Assembly: GCA_051251855.1 (NCBI GenBank)
Contig: JBPOGI010000001.1
Location: 1,440,001-1,504,000, forward strand
From: Roseibacillus sp.
GTDB lineage: Bacteria; Verrucomicrobiota; Verrucomicrobiia; Verrucomicrobiales; Akkermansiaceae
Length of the DNA: 64,000 nucleotides
Direction of reading: 5' to 3'
Shown piece by piece: positions 18,339-28,518 of this stretch (the first letter of the stretch is position 1; every line of letters begins with the position of its first letter). Below the pieces are notes generated by a model. That model had not been told where the DNA came from, did no database searches, and saw only the letters and a program-made list of their open reading frames with translations. Position numbers and translations under genes: made by a program.

Positions 18339-19079
18339 ATGAAAATCGCCCGCCTCCCTGATGGCTCCCCCGAAGTCTTTCGAACCCTCCAAGGTGAAGG
18401 CCCCTCGATTGGCTCCCCCGCCGTATTTCTTCGATTATCGCTCTGCAACTTGCACTGTTCATGGTGCGATACCCCCTTTACTTGGAATTGGGAAGGAACG
18501 CCGTGGACACACCAAGACGAACGAAAATATCTCAAGAGCGACCAAATCATTGAACACTCCCCAACCGAAATCGCTGACGTTCTCCGAACCCACGCCCACC
18601 CCGGCGACCGCTTAGTCGTCACTGGCGGCGAACCTCTCCTGCAACAAAAAGAGCTTCGCGAACTTTTCCAGAATCTCTCCTCCGAATTCTCCGCCATCGA
18701 AATCGAAACCAATGGCACCCAGCGGCCCGACGATGTTCTCGACCAAGCCGCCACCCAATACAATGTCTCACCCAAGCTCGAGAACTCAGGGAACTCAGCC
18801 GATCTTCGTATCCAAGACTCCCCTCTTCAATTCTTCGCCCAATCGTCCAAGGCCTACTTCAAATTCGTTCTCACAAGTCAGGATGACCTCGCCGAAGTCC
18901 TCGATTTACAGAAACGATTCCAAATCCCTTCTCAACGCATTCTTCTCATGCCCGAAGGGCGCACCTCGGCCGCGCTCGCCGAAAACCGAAGCTGGATCGC
19001 GCAAGCTTGCCTCGAGCATGGGTTCCGCCTTACCGACCGCCTCCACGTTCAACTCTGGGGAGATGAGCGAGGCACCTAG
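18339..19079 (+). CDS. queE: 7-carboxy-7-deazaguanine synthase (radical SAM)
   Basis: EVFRTLQGEG, RLSLCNLHCSWCDT, TGGEPLLQ, IETNGT, VSPKL, RLHVQLWG. Confidence 0.9.
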   Translation: MKIARLPDGSPEVFRTLQGEGPSIGSPAVFLRLSLCNLHCSWCDTPFTWNWEGTPWTHQDERKYLKSDQIIEHSPTEIADVLRTHAHPGDRLVVTGGEPLLQQKELRELFQNLSSEFSAIEIETNGTQRPDDVLDQAATQYNVSPKLENSGNSADLRIQDSPLQFFAQSSKAYFKFVLTSQDDLAEVLDLQKRFQIPSQRILLMPEGRTSAALAENRSWIAQACLEHGFRLTDRLHVQLWGDERGT

Positions 19080-19175
19080 ATTTTGCGCTCAGACTCATCC
19101 CTTCCTCTGACAGACTCACCTCTTTCGCAGGCTGCCCAACTAGTAGCTAATCGAGACCGACTAATTCCAAGTGCT

Positions 19176-19520
19176 ATGCCCTACCTTCACGTCCAAACCA
19201 ACGCCAATCCCTCGGTTCCCGAACGCTCAGCTTTCCTCGACGCCGCCACTGATGCCGTCGCACGCGAATTGGGAAAAAACAAAGCTTACGTAATGGCCTG
19301 CATCGAGACCGGTCTCTCGCTCAACTTCAACAGCTCCGAAATCCCCGCCGCCTTTCTCGAGCTTAAAGTTCTTGGACTCGACTCCACAAAGAACCAAAAA
19401 CTTGCCACCGTCCTCTCCGACTTGGCGCGAGTCCATCTCCACGTTGACGAAGACCGCTGCTTTAGCCGCTTTGTCGATACTCCCCGAGGTCATTGGGGCC
19501 TAGGAAACGACGTATTCTAG
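19176..19520 (+). CDS. MIF/phenylpyruvate tautomerase family protein
   Basis: Start at ATG 19176 gives catalytic Pro-1 (M-PYLHVQTN); 114 aa; LGK..YVM and C-terminal WG.G..F. Confidence 0.85.
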   Translation: MPYLHVQTNANPSVPERSAFLDAATDAVARELGKNKAYVMACIETGLSLNFNSSEIPAAFLELKVLGLDSTKNQKLATVLSDLARVHLHVDEDRCFSRFVDTPRGHWGLGNDVF

Positions 19521-19610
19521 TGAAACCCTGACAAAACAGCCTCACATTTTCAAACAACCGTTTGAATAAAGAACGCTCCCTCATCGTTCCATGAATAACG
19601 AACCAAATCG

Positions 19611-20411
19611 ATGATGCTCAAAACGACCCTACTTTCCGTCCTCTTCGTTTCCCCCTTGGCCTGGGCCAAACCCACCTGGATGCAGGAGGTGAACCTCACC
19701 AAGATGGGTCCCCATCACAAAGCCCGTCCCATTCAGCTGACTTATGACCTCAGCTGGAACGGAAGTGTCACAGCTGGCCAAGCAACCATTCGCTTCGGCC
19801 ATCCCGATCCTCGTTATCCTAAGAACTACATTGCACAGTCTTTCGGTCAAACTACCGGATTCGCACGCAAGCTCTTTCCCTTCGACTTCAACTATACCTC
19901 GTTCCTTCGATCCACAAACTACCGCCCACAGGTTTTCGTTGCGGACGAAACAACGAAGAAGGAGCGAAAGCTCACCGACACCCGTTTCTCAGGTAAAGGC
20001 GTCACTTCCACAGAAAAGGAGACCGACCTCACTAAAGGAAAGACTGACACGTCCTCGTCCTCTTTTGCCTATCCCAGCGCACTTGGAGCCCACTCCGCTG
20101 TTCTCTGGGTGCGCTCCCTTGATATGAAACCCGGCGAGGAGGCGGTCTTCGTCGTGATGCCTTTCAAATCACCTTACCTCTGCAGAGTTAAACATCTCGG
20201 CAACGAGGTTCTCGCCTCTCGCCGAACCATCAAATACGACCTCAAGCTTCAGAAAATTAATAAGAAAACTTTGGAACTCAAAAACTACGACAAGGTCAAA
20301 AGCCTCGTTCTTTGGGTCTCTGATGACGCCGAAAGACTTCCCCTTGAATTTCGCTCCAAGGTCTTCATCGGCGATGTTCGCGCAGTACTGACCTCACGGT
20401 CATACGACTAG
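19611..20411 (+). CDS. DUF3108-like secreted protein
   Basis: Signal peptide; LTYDLSWNG..AG N-terminus and LWVSDDAERLP...FIGDVRAVL C-terminus. Confidence 0.75.
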   Translation: MMLKTTLLSVLFVSPLAWAKPTWMQEVNLTKMGPHHKARPIQLTYDLSWNGSVTAGQATIRFGHPDPRYPKNYIAQSFGQTTGFARKLFPFDFNYTSFLRSTNYRPQVFVADETTKKERKLTDTRFSGKGVTSTEKETDLTKGKTDTSSSSFAYPSALGAHSAVLWVRSLDMKPGEEAVFVVMPFKSPYLCRVKHLGNEVLASRRTIKYDLKLQKINKKTLELKNYDKVKSLVLWVSDDAERLPLEFRSKVFIGDVRAVLTSRSYD

Positions 20412-20507
20412 CAGAAGGGTTTTCACCGTGCTTAGTAGGATTTTCACGTATTCTCCCGCTATTTAGTCTGGTCAACTTATTGCTTATTAGTTAACAATCA
20501 TGAAGTA

Positions 20508-21704
20508 ATGCGCCTCCTAACTCCCCTTCTCTTCTCGGCTGGAACCCTTTCCGCTCTCGATATCCAGATCGACTACACCTACGACGGAAACAACTTCTTC
20601 GATACCCAAGACAAGAAAGACGCCATCGAAGCCGTCGCAAAGTTCTACGGTAATCTCATCCAAGACAACCTTCTGAGAATCGATAGCTCAGAATTTTCTT
20701 CCTCCTCCAAATGGGTGCCCCAGTTTTTCCACCCAGTGACCGGAAACAGCACTACCATAGCTGAAATCGTGGTTCCGGAAGATACCATCATCATTTACGT
20801 GGGCTCAAGGAACCTTCCAGGATCAACACGAGGAGTGGGTGGCCCCAATGGTTTTGCCACTGGCACAAGCGGCACTTCCTCGTGGATCGACCGACTCTTG
20901 GGTCGCGGTCAAGAAGGCGCGGAATTCCGATCATCCGAAGCTCACCTCAGAACTGATATCGGTATTTGGGGTGGTGCTATCTCCTTCGACGACGACTCCA
21001 CTTGGAATTTCTCACTCGATTCGAATCAATCCGGGGTTGAATTTTTAAAGATTGCTCTTCACGAGATGGGTCACGTCCTAGGTCTTGGACCCTCGGACCC
21101 CTGGGATAATCTCATTGATAGTGGAACCTTCACCGGGCCCGCTGCCACCGCCTCCAACGGTACCGCTCCTACTGCCGATGGCAGTCACTTTCAGTCAACA
21201 CTCTCGAGCCCTCTTTTCGGTTCCTTTGGTGTGACTCACGGCACCTCGCGTCCAGCACTTATGCTCCCCTCGAGCACCGACACAGGTAGCAACTTTGATG
21301 TCATCACCGACCTTGATCTCGCGGCCCTCATCGATATTGGTTGGGAAATTGCCATTCCTACTGACTTCGACACCAACAGCCTCTCGCCCTCTGGAGCGAG
21401 CTTCAGTTGGCCTTCCAACTCCTTTTGCTCCTACGAGCTAAGAAGAACCACCGACCTTGAAAGCTTTAGCGGAGGCAGCAGCCTCATCACTGGCGACGGC
21501 TCCGTCCAAAGTTGGAGCGATCCTTCTCCAGACTCTTCCGCAGCTTTCTATCAATTCACAGTGAGCTCTAACACCTCATTGTCAAAGTCACAGCCTACGG
21601 CTCAATCGAAAAAATCCGCCGCTCGCTCCGAAACATTCGAATCCATCGAAATGGCTCCTCGAGTCGCCACTGGCTGCTATTGCGACGATCCCGAGGGACA
21701 CTAG
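20508..21704 (+). CDS. Secreted zinc metallopeptidase (metzincin/matrixin-like)
   Basis: Signal peptide; HEMGHVLG, downstream GSHF and ALMLP Met-turn. Confidence 0.75.
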   Translation: MRLLTPLLFSAGTLSALDIQIDYTYDGNNFFDTQDKKDAIEAVAKFYGNLIQDNLLRIDSSEFSSSSKWVPQFFHPVTGNSTTIAEIVVPEDTIIIYVGSRNLPGSTRGVGGPNGFATGTSGTSSWIDRLLGRGQEGAEFRSSEAHLRTDIGIWGGAISFDDDSTWNFSLDSNQSGVEFLKIALHEMGHVLGLGPSDPWDNLIDSGTFTGPAATASNGTAPTADGSHFQSTLSSPLFGSFGVTHGTSRPALMLPSSTDTGSNFDVITDLDLAALIDIGWEIAIPTDFDTNSLSPSGASFSWPSNSFCSYELRRTTDLESFSGGSSLITGDGSVQSWSDPSPDSSAAFYQFTVSSNTSLSKSQPTAQSKKSAARSETFESIEMAPRVATGCYCDDPEGH

Positions 21705-21778
21705 TCAGCCTTCGAAACCCCGACATTATCGGGAAAAGTTGGCAAGATCTCGGCTGAACAAGCGTAGCCTCATCCTAC

Positions 21779-24067
21779 GTGTTTCGCCCTTTTATTTTAC
21801 CCGCCTTCCTAGGAACCCTTCTCCCCCTCTCTGGACTCGCTCTTCCGGATGAGATGGACGAGATTCTCGAGTTCTATTGCTACGACTGCCACGGCTACGG
21901 CAAAAAAGAGGGTGGAATTAAGCTCGATGAGCTCTCTCTCAAAGACGACCACGGAGACCTTTGGGAACGAATTTGGCGCAATGTCCGCACCGGAATGATG
22001 CCTCCCGCCGAGGGTGACCCTCTCGACGCCGACGAAAAGAAAGAGCTTCTCGACTGGCTGGAACGCAACCCTCTCAACATCGACCGCAACAACCCCGACC
22101 CCGGGCGCGTCACCGTTCGACGACACAATCGCTCCGAATACCAAGCAACCATCAAAGACCTCCTTGGTCTCGACTTCGACACCGCCGAGCACTTCCCTCC
22201 TGACGACACTGGATATGGCTTCGATACCATCGGCGATGTCCTCACCATCTCCCCCCTCCTTGCTGAACGCTACTTTGAATCCGCCAAATCCCTCATGGCG
22301 CAAGCCGTCACCGACAATGCAGCTTCCTTTCCAGAGCTCAGCATTTCGGCTCCTGACTTCATAGACCTGAACAACCCCAAGGACACAGGACGCTTTATCG
22401 AATTCAATCGTCCTCAAACAGTCACCGCCAAACGTCGACTAAAACAGGCTGGCGATTACGAAGTCACACTCACTTGCGCCGTCGAAGGCAGCTCTGAAGC
22501 CACCGACCAAACAGCTACCCTCATCATGGCCGTCGATGGCAAAGAGCTCGCTCGCAAGGATTTGGGCTGGGATTTCAGCAAGGGCCTAGAACTGAAAGCA
22601 CGCACTCAACTCGACGCCTCCGAACACACCTTCACCCTTCAACTTATTGCTGGAGAAAAGCCAAAACCCGGCCAAGGGGAACTCGGAGTCGCCGTCTCCT
22701 CCGTGAACATCAGTGGCCCAATGGGCTCACAAAGCAGGGAATATCCTTTAAGCTATCGCTACGTCATTGCATCAAGGCATCAGCCCCAACACAAAGAAGA
22801 ATGGCCTGTTAAAATGAAGGCCGCTATCTCAGCCTTTGGCGAGCGTGCTTGGCGTCGCCCCCTTCCCAAAGACTCCCTAAACAAACTTACCGACCTTGCC
22901 CTCGAAGCTGCCCGTCGCGAAGGCACCTTTGAAGCAGGCATCCGCCAAGCAGGCACCGCCATCCTTGCCTCACCACGCTTTCTACTTCGAACCGAAACTG
23001 CACAAGACAAAAAACCTAACGATAGCTATCCCCTTATCGACGATTGGTCTCTCGCTTCTCGCCTCTCCTACTTCCTCTGGAATTCCCTGCCCGATGACGA
23101 ACTACGAAGCCTCGCAGCAGCCGGTGATCTTCGAGCAAACCTCTCTCAACAAATCGAACGCATGCTACAAGATGCCAAGAGCGAGCGCTTTGTCGGAAAC
23201 TTCGTCGGCCAATGGTTACAAGCACGAGATGTCGAAAGCCAAGGAATGCGCCCCGAGGTCATTCTTGGAATTCGTTTTTCTGCAGGTCAACGCCTCTTCA
23301 ACAGTCGCCTCCGCCAAAACATGCGCGAAGAAACCGAAGCCCTCTTTCGTCATATCTTGGAAGAAAGAAAGGCTGCAGTCGAACTCATCTCGGCCGATTA
23401 CACCTTCCTCAACGAGCGCCTCGCCGACTTCTACCAAATCCAAGGTGTTCAAGGTGAAAACCTCCGGAAAGTTCAAGTCCCTAACAACCGAGGCGGCCTC
23501 CTTACCCAAGGAACTTTCCTCGTCGTCACTTCCAATCCAACTCGCACCTCTCCCGTCAAACGAGGCCTCTTTGTTTTAGATAATCTCCTTGGAACCCCTC
23601 CTCCTCCAGCTCCCCCCGATATCCCTGAACTCGAACAAGCCGGACACGGTAAAAAGAATCTCACCATGAAAGAGCGGATGGTCGAGCACCGCAAAAACCC
23701 CGATTGTCGTTCCTGCCATCAAAGGATGGACCCCATTGGCCTCGCCTTCGAAAACTTTACTGCCATCGGCACCTATCGCGACGAAGAAGACGGCCAAGCT
23801 ATCGAAACGGAAGGCGAACTCGTGACCGGAGAAAAATTTGCCAGTGTCGCCGACCTCAAACGAGTCCTAGCCACCGACCGTAAAGGCGACTTCCATCGCT
23901 GCCTTGCAGAAAAATTGCTCACTTACGCCCTCGGTCGCGGCATCGAATACTACGACGCCCCCGCCATCGACGAGATCGTCGCCCGCATGGAGAGCAACAA
24001 CGGCACCCTCCACGAAGCCATCTACGCCGTCATCGAGTCAGTGCCATTTCAAAGGAGACGTCCTTAG
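21779..24067 (+). CDS. Planctomycete-type cytochrome c protein (DUF1587/DUF1592/DUF1588/DUF1585 architecture)
   Basis: CYDCH and CRSCH heme motifs; RRHNRSEY, LASRLSYFLW.S.PD, TSPVKRG, LLTYALGR. Confidence 0.88.
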   Translation: MFRPFILPAFLGTLLPLSGLALPDEMDEILEFYCYDCHGYGKKEGGIKLDELSLKDDHGDLWERIWRNVRTGMMPPAEGDPLDADEKKELLDWLERNPLNIDRNNPDPGRVTVRRHNRSEYQATIKDLLGLDFDTAEHFPPDDTGYGFDTIGDVLTISPLLAERYFESAKSLMAQAVTDNAASFPELSISAPDFIDLNNPKDTGRFIEFNRPQTVTAKRRLKQAGDYEVTLTCAVEGSSEATDQTATLIMAVDGKELARKDLGWDFSKGLELKARTQLDASEHTFTLQLIAGEKPKPGQGELGVAVSSVNISGPMGSQSREYPLSYRYVIASRHQPQHKEEWPVKMKAAISAFGERAWRRPLPKDSLNKLTDLALEAARREGTFEAGIRQAGTAILASPRFLLRTETAQDKKPNDSYPLIDDWSLASRLSYFLWNSLPDDELRSLAAAGDLRANLSQQIERMLQDAKSERFVGNFVGQWLQARDVESQGMRPEVILGIRFSAGQRLFNSRLRQNMREETEALFRHILEERKAAVELISADYTFLNERLADFYQIQGVQGENLRKVQVPNNRGGLLTQGTFLVVTSNPTRTSPVKRGLFVLDNLLGTPPPPAPPDIPELEQAGHGKKNLTMKERMVEHRKNPDCRSCHQRMDPIGLAFENFTAIGTYRDEEDGQAIETEGELVTGEKFASVADLKRVLATDRKGDFHRCLAEKLLTYALGRGIEYYDAPAIDEIVARMESNNGTLHEAIYAVIESVPFQRRRP

Positions 24068-25257
24068 ATAGATCCTGAACCGATCGACAAACGCCAAAAA
24101 TATCGGTCGTTCGCTCCGGAGAAGGTAAGCGACTCAATTGCAGCCTCCCCTTCGTCAACTTCCTCGGTAGCCGTCTGAGGAGCGTTCATCCAACTTTCCA
24201 AGTCAGAACTTACCTCCCATCGGTAGCTATATCCCGACAACTCTAGATTTCTCACTTTTCGGTACCGTAATACCAAATTACCTCCTTCGATTTCGCTTTC
24301 AGAAAAAGGCTCGCTCTGCGTTGAGAGAGGGTCGGAATTACTCACAAACTCGACCAAGTTCGCATACCCATCCTGATCCGGATCAGCTTCCGGCCCACTC
24401 AATAAATCATCTCCAATTTGAGCGAGGCTAAATGATTCTAGCTGCCACTTTCCAAAGGTGAGTACATCACTCCCCAAGAATATTGCATCCGCGAATTGAG
24501 GAAAGTCTACGAACGGATTTCGATTTCCCTGACGCAAGAAACCAGCCGTCGTAGAAACCCCTTCATAGATTCCATCGTTGCGCGCTCTCTCCGCCGCCGT
24601 AGGTGGAAACATCCGATTCCAAGCCAACATCGTCGTCAGCACCCCCATTCGACAGGAACTCGCGTCAGGAACATCACCCAACTCCATATCGCCAGTTCCC
24701 GAATCACTTCCATCATACCTTACCACTACATACAGCACCGCTCTCGCTACCATTCCTTTATCTACATCATCAGGCTCCCACGAGTCGCTGTCATAGGTAT
24801 TTTCAGGCGACACCGAGTTCATTGTTCCTGACCCAGTCGTCTCATCGAAAAACTTGTTCCCCCGTGACGAATTCACCGAAGCATTACAGGGGTAAAGATT
24901 GTGCAAATCGGAATTATCAGGACCGCTATTCCCAATACAATAGGAGCGAGGCCATACATGCTCCCTATTCCAAACTGAAGCCCCCGATGACCCGAGATCA
25001 CCTTTGGGCATCGAAAAGTCCGAGTAAATGAGCTCAACATTAGCCGAGTTTTCAGGGTCCTCGAAGACCTCTCTCATCACCTCATCGGTCGAAGTGTAGG
25101 AAATCACGTTATGGTCGTCGATGATCTCATGCAGAGTCTGCTTCAACGCCAACCCCGTTAAGCCTTCAGCCGAGTCGTAGTAGCCCGCAGGGGCCGCCCC
25201 TTGAAGCATGCCCCCCTTGCACAGAAGCAACAAAAGAATGTTCAAACCACGGAGCAC
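24064..25257 (-). CDS. Secreted endonuclease I family nuclease with C-terminal beta module
   Basis: WNREHVWPRS, DLHNLYPC, NSSRGN, QGNRNPFVD; C-terminal DPDQDG...RYFWRL. Confidence 0.88.
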   Translation of the reverse strand: MLRGLNILLLLLCKGGMLQGAAPAGYYDSAEGLTGLALKQTLHEIIDDHNVISYTSTDEVMREVFEDPENSANVELIYSDFSMPKGDLGSSGASVWNREHVWPRSYCIGNSGPDNSDLHNLYPCNASVNSSRGNKFFDETTGSGTMNSVSPENTYDSDSWEPDDVDKGMVARAVLYVVVRYDGSDSGTGDMELGDVPDASSCRMGVLTTMLAWNRMFPPTAAERARNDGIYEGVSTTAGFLRQGNRNPFVDFPQFADAIFLGSDVLTFGKWQLESFSLAQIGDDLLSGPEADPDQDGYANLVEFVSNSDPLSTQSEPFSESEIEGGNLVLRYRKVRNLELSGYSYRWEVSSDLESWMNAPQTATEEVDEGEAAIESLTFSGANDRYFWRLSIGSGSI

Positions 25258-25347
25258 GCATGAACTTAGTGCCCACCAGCCTTGTGTCTAGCGACAAAGA
25301 CGCAGCCTTGACCCCATGTCCGTCACCCTTCAAAGAAGCCTTCGCAA

Positions 25348-26238
25348 ATGTCGTGGCTTCTTCTCACCGTCTTTTCCTCCGCCTTGCTAGGGCTCTACGA
25401 CTTTCTAAAGAAAATCGCCGTGCGCGACAACGCCGTCTTTCCCGTCCTTTTTGGAGGTATCTGTGCCGGAGGCCTCGTATGGCTGCCCTTCATCCTCTGG
25501 AGTATCCTCGCCCCCGAAAGCCTCCCCCATAACAGTCTCAACGTCACTGGTATCAGCGCCACCGAACACGGTCTTCTTCTCATCAAATCCATTATCGTCG
25601 TTGCCTCATGGATTTTTGGCTACTTAGGCTTGAAAGAGCTTCCCCTTTCCATCGCCACTCCCATTCGAGCCACCAGCCCTATCTGGACCATCACTTTCGC
25701 CCTTCTCATCTTTTCAGAGAGCCCGAGCCCCCGCCAATGGCTTGGCGTTGCCATTATTCTCGCCGCCTTTTTCCTCTTTTCCTTCGCTGGTCGTAAAGAG
25801 GGCATTCACTTTCACCGTAGCAGAGCAGTCTACCTCATCATCGCGGCCACCCTGTTAGGAGCCAGCTCATCTCTTTTCGACAAATACCTTCTCCAGACCG
25901 TCCAGCTCAACGCCACCGAAGTGCAGGCTTGGTTCTCTCTCTATTCCGTCCTTGCCATGCTTCCCGCCTTCTGTTGGTGGCTGCGACGTGCCGACCGCAA
26001 CCATTTCGAATTTCGATGGTCGATTCCTGCCATCGGAGTCACCTTACTGGCGGCCGATTGGCTCTACTTCACCGCCATCATCGATCCCGACGCCCTCATC
26101 TCCATCATCGCCCCCGTCCGCCGAGCCGCCACCGTGGTCTCCTTCACACTCGGCATCCTCATCCTCAAAGAGCCCTTCCGCCCCTCTAAAGGCTTTGCCG
26201 TTCTGGGAATTCTCATCGGAGTCTTCCTATTGGCTTAA
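25348..26238 (+). CDS. EamA/DMT family transporter
   Basis: About 10 TM helices in two repeats; 296 aa. Confidence 0.85.
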   Translation: MSWLLLTVFSSALLGLYDFLKKIAVRDNAVFPVLFGGICAGGLVWLPFILWSILAPESLPHNSLNVTGISATEHGLLLIKSIIVVASWIFGYLGLKELPLSIATPIRATSPIWTITFALLIFSESPSPRQWLGVAIILAAFFLFSFAGRKEGIHFHRSRAVYLIIAATLLGASSSLFDKYLLQTVQLNATEVQAWFSLYSVLAMLPAFCWWLRRADRNHFEFRWSIPAIGVTLLAADWLYFTAIIDPDALISIIAPVRRAATVVSFTLGILILKEPFRPSKGFAVLGILIGVFLLA

Positions 26239-26379
26239 ATTTGCCCCCAACACCTTCAGTTCTTCCCCGTCAGGCTCCGCCAGATAGCCAGACCATAAAT
26301 CATCCTCCCACTAATTGCTGTAACACAGTGTTGCTTCTTGACCTGCTAACCATGCAAAATACCATCATAAACGATATAC

Positions 26380-27006
26380 ATGAAAAACCTTTTACTCATT
26401 TTTTCCGCTACCATCACCGTCCTGCTTTCGTCATGTGCAACAGGACCCCCAATGGAGGACTCACGGGTTCAGAAGGCAAAAACAGAAGGTTTAGTCATTG
26501 TCCCCTCAAAGAGGGTAGCGCCCCGATTTAGTTTTGTCGGGACAACAGCTTTCCAAAATAAAAATGAGCCCATCAACGAGCCCGACTACTCCTTCAGTGA
26601 CCACCTCGCAACTCGGCTACGCGCGAAAGGCTACAAAGTTAGCGTCGGAGAAAGCTCCGAAACCCGCCTCAACCTCTTTTTGCGTGACAGTTATCCCTAT
26701 CAAGGAGACTTCATCTATGGAGTTGGTATCCACAAGCGCAGCCTTCTTGGCATGAGCGGACCTTACGTCGCTCATTGCAATGTCTTCGCGGACCTCACTG
26801 ATCCAGTCACGAAAAGCCGACGAGTCGACCACGTTAAAGTTTCACTACTCGAGGGTTCCAAGTATTTCTTGGGCAACACCCCTCTCAAACTCAAGAAAAA
26901 CACATGGGCTCAGTTTACCCCGGCTGAGAAAGAAACTCTTCGTCTCAGCTTAGAAGGTTACATACGGCAATGCGCCGACCACATCATTGAAAATCTCAAC
27001 CTCTAG
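26380..27006 (+). CDS. Hypothetical lipoprotein
   Basis: Lipobox LLSSC; no recognisable domain. Confidence 0.7.
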   Translation: MKNLLLIFSATITVLLSSCATGPPMEDSRVQKAKTEGLVIVPSKRVAPRFSFVGTTAFQNKNEPINEPDYSFSDHLATRLRAKGYKVSVGESSETRLNLFLRDSYPYQGDFIYGVGIHKRSLLGMSGPYVAHCNVFADLTDPVTKSRRVDHVKVSLLEGSKYFLGNTPLKLKKNTWAQFTPAEKETLRLSLEGYIRQCADHIIENLNL

Positions 27007-27048
27007 ACAGCGAAGCGTAGTTCTCGTTCGTCTCTAAGAACAAAGCCC

Positions 27049-28254
27049 TCACTCAAACAGAGGTCGTAAACAGGACTCCTTCAGAGTCGCCAGAATTTCA
27101 TAGGGTTCTTCCTCTAAGTTCTCACTTTTCCTATCTCCCTCCAGCACGGGTCTCAGAGTGCTAATGATAAAAGGCGCCTGCTCATACGTATCCAAGTCGA
27201 AGGTTTCGATTAGAACAGCATCGAGAAGTATCGCTCCAGATTCACTAGGCTCAATCAGTTCTCTCAACCATCCGAGAATGGTTGCGGTGGGTGACTGCTC
27301 GTCAAACCTCTCTCCCACGAACGCAAAGATGTCATCGCGCGTCGGCACGTTCATTAGCAGTGCGAGAAAGAAGCGATGTTCAGGATCCTCGATATAGTAC
27401 CGCAGCTGCGCAATGGTCTCCCTTCGAAGCCCTTCCTTCAAAGTCTCCGCCACCCCCATCGCCAATTCCCCATGCTTCTCTTGAAAGCACAACAAAGTAG
27501 GCTCCCACTCATCCAACTCCAGCAACCGCCCCATCGAGTGCTGGAGCACATGGAATCCCCGCTCGAAATCCAACCGCGCCACCATCTCCTCCACTCGCTG
27601 GCCATACTCCGGATGATCGAGCGTCTCTAACACCCCCAGCAACTGCTTGCGACGCATCGTCAAAGCGTCCTCACGCAGCGGATCAATTGCCACCCGTGGT
27701 GGCAAATAGTTAAACTGCGGGCCAGCGCCCTCATCATTGTGTGTGCGCACCACCATCGTCACCGAAGGAGTATCGAGGTGAAACAGCGAATGAATACATC
27801 CCTGCCCCGAAGAAATCGCAACAGTCCGTCCCGTTTCCAGCAACTCGACCTGCCTCATCTTCAAGTCGCCCACCTGCAAATGCGGAGTTACCGCCTGCGC
27901 ATTCGCGAAATCAAACTCAGCATGAATACTCGACCCATGCATCACATGAAACGCCCCCGAAAACGCGTGCTGATGAATATCGGTCGTACCATCCAACCAA
28001 AAAAGAACCTGAATATAGAAGCGCTCATGATTAAACGCCACCAACTCAGGCTGCCCGAACCCCGACTCGCTCTGCAGAGGTTGTTCGTCATTCAAGAGAA
28101 ACTCCCTCATCATTTCCTCAATCTCAACTTCCCCAGCCGGAGGCCACTCCTCAATAGCCACCCGAGCCACCTCAGGAAACGCCTCCAAAGAGAAGCTCAC
28201 CTCACGCCATCGTTCCAGCACCTGACTCCCTAGCGTATCAAAGTAAGAATTCAT
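27049..28254 (-). CDS. Hypothetical protein with cupin (3-His, thiol-dioxygenase-like) domain
   Basis: TDIHQHAFSGAFHVMHGS ... IHSLFH...SVTMVVR; long acidic helical C-terminal half. Confidence 0.6.
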   Translation of the reverse strand: MNSYFDTLGSQVLERWREVSFSLEAFPEVARVAIEEWPPAGEVEIEEMMREFLLNDEQPLQSESGFGQPELVAFNHERFYIQVLFWLDGTTDIHQHAFSGAFHVMHGSSIHAEFDFANAQAVTPHLQVGDLKMRQVELLETGRTVAISSGQGCIHSLFHLDTPSVTMVVRTHNDEGAGPQFNYLPPRVAIDPLREDALTMRRKQLLGVLETLDHPEYGQRVEEMVARLDFERGFHVLQHSMGRLLELDEWEPTLLCFQEKHGELAMGVAETLKEGLRRETIAQLRYYIEDPEHRFFLALLMNVPTRDDIFAFVGERFDEQSPTATILGWLRELIEPSESGAILLDAVLIETFDLDTYEQAPFIISTLRPVLEGDRKSENLEEEPYEILATLKESCLRPLFE

Positions 28255-28518
28255 AAAAGCAAAATCCTGCAGTCACTCCACGGCTTACCGCAAAACGTCT
28301 GACTTCAAAGAACTACCACTCTCACCCTTCGAATGGCAGAACCAAAACTCCCCCACCACCCACAACCACTGGAGTGTCGACGTCAGCCGCCGACACCTTT
28401 TGAGATTCGCAGATTTAACAAGCTTCGCGCTCAATTCCCACAAGGCCACTAAGAAGCACCGAAAGAAGATTCAGACTCCCTTCTCAGCTGGCTCCCTCCA
28501 ACCAGAGAACAATAGCCC

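Noticed and set aside
18339..19079. queE as part of a dpd DNA 7-deazaguanine modification island
   Set aside because: No dpdA/tgt-like or other dpd genes nearby; housekeeping context
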